Positions 58,736-64,000 of a DNA stretch of 64,000 nucleotides are shown here, in pieces. Made by a program: the position numbers and the translations under genes. The notes below the pieces were generated by a model, which ran no database searches, was not told the DNA's origin, and worked only from the letters and a program-made list of their open reading frames with translations. Numbering within the stretch: position 1 is the stretch's first letter; each line of letters opens with the position of its first letter. Origin of the DNA: the human T2T-CHM13v2.0 reference genome, Homo sapiens; assembly GCF_009914755.1 (NCBI RefSeq), contig NC_060930.1, one strand, 5' to 3'.

Positions 58736-60510
58736 AAAGCATGTATACAAAGAAGTAACTTTTGCACGAAAAATAAATTTCAAAGCAAAGCTGTGGTCTA
58801 GTGTCTAGAGTAGACATTAGAAGGAAATATCTCCTGCAATGTGAGTTCCACGAAGGGAATAGTTATTGTCTGTACAATGTTACTTCTCCATTCCCTAGAA
58901 CAGCTTCAACACTTAATAGGTGCTCAATAAATATTTATTATTGCATGAATGATACTAATCAGCACTGAAAAGGATCGATAAATTATTGTTCAAATTTTGC
59001 TCACTTCAAGTATCTTTACGTGTGCATATTTGGGAGAGGGTGCTCATTTTCTACTGACATTTCTTTCCATTTTTGCTGAGTGGACTATTTAGGCAACAAA
59101 ATCAAAATTCGTTCAGAAAATAGCACTAAGATGGCAGTGAGTGCTATCTTATAGAAGGTGAAAGGAACAATAAATATATTGTGAGGACTTGAGTTGGCAG
59201 GAGGTCATCTGGCATCAGGAGTAAGTGCCTACTGAATCGCTCCTATTTAATGTTTCTGTCTATACCTCTTCCTTGTCATTGCTATATGTTCTGGATTTCT
59301 AAGTTGTTGAATTAAGTGGAAATAAAACTAAATTTCTTAGGAAGTGTTCAGAGTGAACCATTCAAAATGGGTAACATAAATGGGCAAAAAGAGAAATTAA
59401 ATCCAATTGAAAAGACCATTCTGACTTACTGGTTTGGGTCTTGTAAAGGAAACAAATTCATTTTGTGCAAGATTATGTTTATCTTATTTTCTACGTCTGT
59501 AATCCTATTCATGGTTTAGATCATAATTTCCTCAAAGGAAACAATGAAGTGAATCCTCATGCATCTGTACAAACATAGCTTAATATTTTATGCACGAATA
59601 TTCATTTAACAATGTTGTCTGCCCTATTTGAAAAAGTTAAAAGAAAAAAAAAGAGCCAAAAGCAGATCCCCTAATAAGTTGGCAACTACACTCTTATTGC
59701 AATCTTAATTCCAGCTTTTTTCTTGTCCTGTACCCCAGAACAGGTAAAAAGACACTTTATTCATTTGGTCATTTGACAAACTATTACTTAGTGCTTACAA
59801 TGTGACATGTGCCATATTATAATCAGGCACAAGGTTATAAGAAAATCAGACTCAGTTGGTCCCTGATAAGACAGTCTACTTGGGGAAACAGACATGATGT
59901 ACCCAATAATAATAATAATAATATAACAGATTGAGTAAGCATTCTTAATAATGTAAAGACTATATTCCTCGGGTATAAAAAGGGAAGCAAAACAGTATGA
60001 GGCAGACATTTCCATGGAGTTCTGATGCATGTTAGAGGAATAGCAAATTGTGTAGAACTGCTAGCACACAAGGTTGGACACGGTGAGCAGCTACAGATGG
60101 AATACAGAAGTGGGAAAGCCTGCACATGTCCAGCTGAGTTACCTGGATTTTATTTGGCAGATGATGAGCACATCCATAGTCTTGGGGCTTCCACTTAATA
60201 AAGTTATCATTTTAATTTGCCATGTAACTTACAAAAACCATACAGTTACAAATTTCTATGTTTACAAAGCATTTAGCTAAACAAATAATAGTGTTAGTAA
60301 TAATAATAATTTTGTCCCATTTTCTTAAAAGAAAAACTTCAGATTCTCTTTTTAATTTATTTAGAAAGGAAAGTATGCATGTAGGTAATATTTCAGTCAT
60401 ACACACAAACACAAAATTAATCTGGAAATTGTCCCCTTCATTCCAGAACACAAGTTGTACATATCAAATAGAACAATAGACAGAAAGCTTCTCTGTTTCA
60501 TCCCCAAAGA

Positions 60511-60698
<188 letters not shown>

Positions 60699-61068
60699 TA
60701 AATATAATTAGAGACACTGAAGAAATACAAAATGACTTTCCATTTGGTAAAGAAATATAAAATGTAACACTTTAATGAGAACATGTAGATATTCTTTTAT
60801 ACAAACCTAACATTGGAAAATATCAATAAGGACTATTTATATTAGCATTTACTTTAATAATGGCAATCGATCTTACTCTTTTCCCAAAAGGAACAATTTT
60901 GATTAAAAAACACAACCCAGAGTTTAAATGGGGAAGTTTTAGTTCCTGAATTCATAAAAATTGATATTATTCATTGTTACTTAGCAATTTTTCCAAAATA
61001 GGAAAAAATAGTTGGCCATTTTGTTTCATTTGCTCTTATTCTAACCTCCTGCTTTATCATCTGTACAA

Positions 61069-61130
61069 GCAATATACGTTAGAAAAAATATGTTAGAAAA
61101 AATATGCAATATATGTTAGAAAAAAATGCA
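61069..61130. repeat. Short imperfect tandem repeat (tatgttagaaaaaa x3)
   Basis: Three copies visible, with gcaatata spacers. Confidence 0.8.
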
Positions 61131-61429
61131 GTGTAAAATCTCTCTAGTGAAAACAGTGAATGCTCAAGTCCATAACAAAAATATGTGGGTTCTTTAGGGT
61201 AGAGGGAGGGACTCTTCCATTTTGCCCTAAAATGGAGAAGGTCATCTGGATTGGACAAATCCTCTGTTTCCTGTAACACTCTGAAGATACTATCTATAAG
61301 AAAATTGTTAACACATGAATAATTGTTTAAACATAGATTAATAACAAATTAGAGCTAGGAGAACTTAAAAGATTATCTTATCTGCATTCCTATTTTTCAG
61401 TCTTCAGGAAGGTGTCTTATCTTGCCTAA

Positions 61430-64000
61430 TGTGCAGAAATAATTGGGCACTCACCGAATATTATATTTGCTTCTCTATGTTTCCTAGATTCTCTTGTACT
61501 TAGGTTGAGCCTTATAACCAGTTCCAGTCAATGGATTATGAATGAAAGTGATATATTAATTCCCAGCTGAGCTCCTAAGATCTTGTGTGCCTCCTCCATC
61601 TCTCTTTTCCTCCTGTAGCAACCCACAAAATAGTGGCCCCTCAAGCAATCTGGGACCCTGAGTGACTATAAAGTCCCCTCTCCTGCCAACTTGCATTGGA
61701 AAAAAGATGTGGATAGGGAAAAAAATTACTGTTTTGTTGAACCACTGAGATTCTGGCTTTTGTCCTTCATGGCAGTTAGCAATTATTTAACCCAACACAT
61801 ATAGCATGAAATGTGCTTCTGGTGTAACAAAATCTAAAGTATTTGGTATTGTTCTATTGTCCTAGGGCAAGTTAAATGATAAAAGCTGGAAAGATGGAGG
61901 TACAATTACGCATAAGTAACATATTTGTTAATTCTGGTAAAGTAGGGGAAAGATCCTTATAGTTACTGACCTTATACTTGCAGAGAAAGTGTGCATATTA
62001 TTTGCCTTTGGCTGTGTTTGATAACATAGCACAAGAAAGTGATTAACACAAAAAGAATTAGCCAATTTGCAAAAAGAAATTTAGGCCTTGCATCCTGGAA
62101 AAAACTAACAGCTTTTTAAAATTGGTTTCAAGAGACAAAGGCCAGCACATCTGTTCTACTGAACAAAATAAAACAATCAAGACCAGATTAAGGTGTGACT
62201 GACACATCATTTCAGAAAGCCTCAAGGTAGCTTCCAATAAGTGTGGAGACAGACATAGGACAAGAAAGCCAAAAATTAAAGCAGACTTCAGTATCATGAC
62301 TCATGGAACTGACTGGTAAAAAATAAATTAGAAGCCTACTGCATTTTCAAAGGAAAGTTATCATAAGCTTGAACTATTAAATACTTCTGATTGTTCCAAA
62401 GGTAGAGTCAGGGAATAAGGAAAATGACAGACATAGGAAGTCTTCCTGAGCAGAATAATAAACATATAAAGGTGCCTCTACCACGCAGGGTAGGAGGTCT
62501 TCAAAACATCTGCCCAGTTGAATTTCTAAGTTGCTACAGAGGAGTCACTGCTATGTGCTGCTCAGTCTTCCTTTGTCCAAATGAATTGGTTTTTTGCAGT
62601 CATCTTGTTCCTATTTCAATTTTACACACTGATGTGGGCTGTATGCAGGTAACCTGTCTTTTTAGTTCACATATTCACCTCATAATTGATTCACAATGGA
62701 ACTGAATGTCTCATGAAAATCATAGATTTTGAATTTGATTAATTAACTTATTGGAACACTGGGTTGTCTCACTTGAAGAGGCATTGTCTGTTTTCTATAT
62801 GTGAGAAAAAGAAAAATATATTGGTCTGTGCCACAGGCAGCTAGTGCTTACCAAGCATTCCATATGTTTCCCTAGGTATTCTATTTTGGGGAGTGATGAA
62901 ATAGCTGAGCAGCAGACTAGTGTTTCTACCTAGAGCAACTGGAAAGGCAAAATAAAAATGTAGCATACATTTTCCAGAAGGTAGAAGGAAGCTTCTGAGG
63001 CAAGGAAAATAGAAACACTAAGATTCTGGAGACAGAAGAATATTGAAGAAATGACTGGATTCTGCAGAGAATTTTATTTGGGCTCTTTTGATTATTCTGG
63101 GCATTGACAAGAGGCAGAATACGCAGTGAAACTCTGGTGCAGGATTGCTATGTTGGAATGGAGAAACTAATAAGTAGAGATTTAGAGAGCCTCAAGTACA
63201 TGGCTAGTATTGCAAAAACTGGGGCATTATGGGTCAGGAAGCCAAAACTTTAAGGAAAAAGACAGTAAAAAGCAAAGAATTGATGGGACAAAGATTCAAG
63301 TTTGGCTCCTACAAAGGAGGAGAGTCTGCAGAATATATCAGACTCCTGTTTACTTGAAAACTCTGTAGGGACAGGGATGAACATGTGGTAGACCAAATGT
63401 TTTCAGGGCTACACTGATGCAATGACTGTGTCCAGTACCTAGTTGATCAACCACCAATCTCTCTGCCCAACAGAGGCAGGGAGAACCTTCTGAGAAAAGA
63501 GGTAACATAATTAAGAACCGTTACATATTTTATCTATAATACAAGATTATTGATTAAATAGATTAAAGATTAAATACAAGATTATTTAGCAAGGTAAAAA
63601 AAAAAAAAAGAGAAAAATAGACAATAGAAGCATACCCCCGATGATCCAGATAGTAATCCTTGCTCTTAAGGTCATTAAAATGTTTAAGATTGACATGGTC
63701 AAGAAAATCATGAAGAAATAAACAAAATAAATAAAATATGGAAAATTTAACCTGGAAATTAAAATCTATGGAAAAAAAATCAGCTGGAAATTGTAGCAGT
63801 AAAATAACACACATCAAAAGTTAAAATCTCACTAGACGCTTCTAACGAAGATTACACACAGCCAGCAGAAGGCAGTATTAGTGAAGTAAGGTAGATCAAT
63901 AGAAATTGTTCACATGTATCTTAATATTTCCCAACCTCTTTTGCAGTCAACTGTGGCCTTGTGACTGATTTGAGAAAATGAACATGTATAAAAGTGATAT
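61430..64000 (+). mobile_element. Ancient MaLR provirus (MLT1I/J-like): LTR 61430-61799, internal region to ~62826, second LTR from 62827 (interrupted, runs off the window end)
   Basis: First LTR contains ttcctagattctcttgtacttaggttgagcc...ggaccctgagtgact...aaccactgagatt. Internal region starts ...gtgtaacaaaatctaaa. Homologous LTR text recurs at 62827-62880 and 63925-64000. Confidence 0.65.
62890..63915 (+). mobile_element. Ancient L1/HAL1-type 5'UTR-ORF1 fragment inserted in the second MLT1 LTR
   Basis: ORF1 coiled-coil-type text: aatcagctggaaattgtag...aaatctcactagac...agattacacacagc...attagtgaa...agatcaatagaaatt. Confidence 0.65.

Noticed and set aside
58279-58817. Overlapping 132-aa and 140-aa ORFs
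   Set aside because: They lie within a GC-rich LTR, where stop codons are rarer, and show no recognisable domain.
61069-61130. Short repeats with spacers as a CRISPR-like array (also Ricksha subterminal repeats at 15500-15630)
   Set aside because: Eukaryotic DNA, irregular spacing, no unique spacers and no cas genes; these are slippage or transposon-end repeats.

Overview
AT-rich, CpG-depleted primate (human-like) genomic DNA, most likely intronic or intergenic. Alu J/S elements and an L1PA mark it as primate. I found no recognisable protein-coding exon, RNA gene or CpG island. Every ORF I can assign is a decayed L1 or Alu frame; the rest look like chance frames. Much of the window is transposon debris: 11 Alus, several L1s, L2, L3/CR1, MIR, a ~4 kb ERVL gag-pol remnant, MaLR, ERVL and ERV1 LTRs, MER5A, MER94 and a Ricksha (Mutator-like) DNA transposon. 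I see no evidence of a novel gene system. The most unusual signal is structural: a cluster of local template-copying rearrangements at 15.9-20.9 kb (a 79-bp templated insertion, a ~360-bp inverted duplicate, and a ~1.1-kb inversion with inverted breakpoint duplications). Smaller templated or inverted junction scars lie elsewhere, plus a twin-primed L1 with an unusually long duplication. Repeat subfamily names come from recalled consensus sequences and need RepeatMasker/Dfam confirmation. Boundaries of old repeats are approximate.
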